Source of the DNA: Heptranchias perlo
Taxonomy: Eukaryota
Direction: 5' to 3'
NCBI RefSeq assembly: GCF_035084215.1
Contig: NC_090345.1
Location: 5,084,001-5,148,000 of the forward strand
Length of the DNA stretch: 64,000 nucleotides
Positions within the stretch are counted from its first letter, which is position 1; each line of letters starts with the position of its first letter. This document shows positions 62,186-64,000 of this stretch, piece after piece. The translations under genes were made by a program, and so were the position numbers. The notes beneath the pieces are model-generated. The model worked only from the letters and a program-made list of their open reading frames with translations. It searched no databases and was not told where the DNA came from.

Positions 62186-64000
62186 GTGGTGGGGTGATAG
62201 TGTGCAATTGTAGGAGGGGGGAAGTGGATTACTGGGGAGGAAGGGCGGAGGGAGGAGGGGGGGACGGGAGAAGGGAAAGGTATATGAGGGGGGAAGGGGC
62301 AGACACGGAACACTGAACTCCAAGAGGAGATTTTTTAAACCTAAATCTGGGAATGGGGAATGAAACAATCCTGAGACTTAGAGGGCCAAAAGTGATGTAA
62401 ATAAAATAATACTGTTCCCATTGGCGGAAGGGTCGAGAATCAGAGGACACATTTAAGGTGATTGGCTAAAGAACCAAAGGCGACACGAGGAAAAACTTTT
62501 TTACGCGCGCACTGTTATGATCTGGAATGCGTTGCCTGAAAGGGCGGTGGAAGCAGATTCAATCGTGGCTTTCAAAAAGGAATTGGATAAATACTTGAAG
62601 GGAAAAAACTCAGGGCTACGGGGAAAGAGCGGGGGAATGGGACTAACTGGATTGCTCTCTCAAAGAGCCGGCACGGGCCGAACGGCCTCCTTCTATGCTG
62701 TAACCATTCTACGATTGACTGTTTCATGATTAATCTCAATCTGTAACCTCTTCCCGGAACACCAGTGGCCCTGGACGCAGCCCTGTAGGTGCTCCTCTGA
62801 CTCCTCAGCGAGTTTAGCCATTGAGTAGCTGGGCCATACAGACCAGGGAGGTTCCAGGCTCATTCCTAGTCTGTGCTGAGTCAGCTGATCTCAGCAGAGG
62901 TAGGGGCATTACAGATGGCATTAATGCCCGAGTTTGGAAAGTCAGCTTGGGTTCCCACTTCTGATCACTTTAGCAAACTCGGGCTGGAAATGCGCGTGTG
63001 GACTTTGGGCGAGGTCTTTGATTAGGAGCTGAGCTCAAGAAGGAAAGGGCTCTCATTTATATAGTGTCTTTCATAACCTCAGGATGACCCAAAACTCTTT
63101 ACAGCCAGTTAAGTACTTTTTGAAGCGTTGTAATTCAGGAAGTGTGGCAGCCAATTTGTGCACAGCAAGGTCCCACAAACAGCAGTTTTGCTGGTAAACC
63201 ATTCGAGTTTTGATTTTGTACTTTTGTTTCAGGAGTGCATGGATTGAAGCTCTGTAATCACGACTTGTTATCCATTATTCTCTGATCATTGCTTATCAGG
63301 ACTTGCAGCATTTATACACGGTGGGGGATGTTAAGTAACCTAAGGCTCAGTTGAGCTAAAGCGCAGCACCTGACTCTCCCTCACGTGTTTTCTTTCTGCC
63401 AGTTTTCTGTCTCGAAGAGGTGGACTGCTGCTTCACAGGTAGCGGAAGCTCAATGGTACCTTCCGTTCTTCATGTGCGAGCTGAGACTCTTTGACAATGG
63501 AAGGCATCGCAGCCGATCCAGATGTCCCCACAAGCACGCTTACAGCAGGGTCACGGGATTGCGACCTGCTCTCTTTCTCACTCCTCCCCCTCCCACTGGC
63601 CCAGTTGCTGAGGCAGGTTGCGTTAACCCTACAGTTGAGATCTGTTATCTAGCACACAGCAAGAATTGATCATGGGAACTATCTTTGCCCTGTGGCTCAG
63701 CACCACACAATGCAGTGCACCAGAGATACCGTTCTTTAATGAATGTCCCATGTCTCATTAAATGAGGTTGATGCAGTGTCTATTTTGGACTTCGAAATGG
63801 ATTAAATCAGTCACAGTTATGAGCTGCATTATATAACTATGGCTGTACAGTGGTCTATCATTCCAATTTTTCCATCGTGATCTTAAAGGAAAATTATAAA
63901 AATTAAATTAATTTTTCCAACAGTGCTGTTTTTTCCGATACCTTGACCAAGAACTTGTGGGTATTACAAAGACCAGTCTTGTCCTTACTTGACATTTAAG

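Overview
This window is eukaryotic, intron-rich vertebrate DNA. The repeat content (Deu-domain tRNA-SINEs, CR1 LINE fragments, Penelope elements, a 67-bp tandem repeat) suggests a cartilaginous fish (shark); that assignment is an inference. Four host genes are visible: the 5' part of HPS1 (minus; coding exons 4367-4483, 1423-1563, 1-75), a complete 254-aa PGAM1 (minus; 3 coding exons, 33641 to 18155), a compact CDC25 phosphatase (minus; about 11 exons, 53452 to 37845, intact HCEFSSER motif) and exon 1 of PI4K2A (plus; 60801-61187). The most unusual feature is a ~10-kb decayed endogenous retrovirus just downstream of the PGAM1 stop codon. It starts with three diverged LTR-like cassettes joined head-to-tail (each begins TGTAACA, with a 1-nt spacer and no target-site duplication), followed by an 18-nt tRNA-Arg primer-binding site and a fusion-protein-type env remnant. 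Also present are a young Penelope-like retroelement (RT + GIY-YIG) arranged as a 1.7-kb near-perfect inverted pair with a 13-bp TSD inside a CR1 LINE, several minimal hammerhead ribozymes, a 4.2-kb satellite with TTAGGG in most 20-bp units, and long intronic hairpins. All coordinates were read by eye: exon boundaries were checked for GT/AG and phase, while repeat boundaries are approximate.
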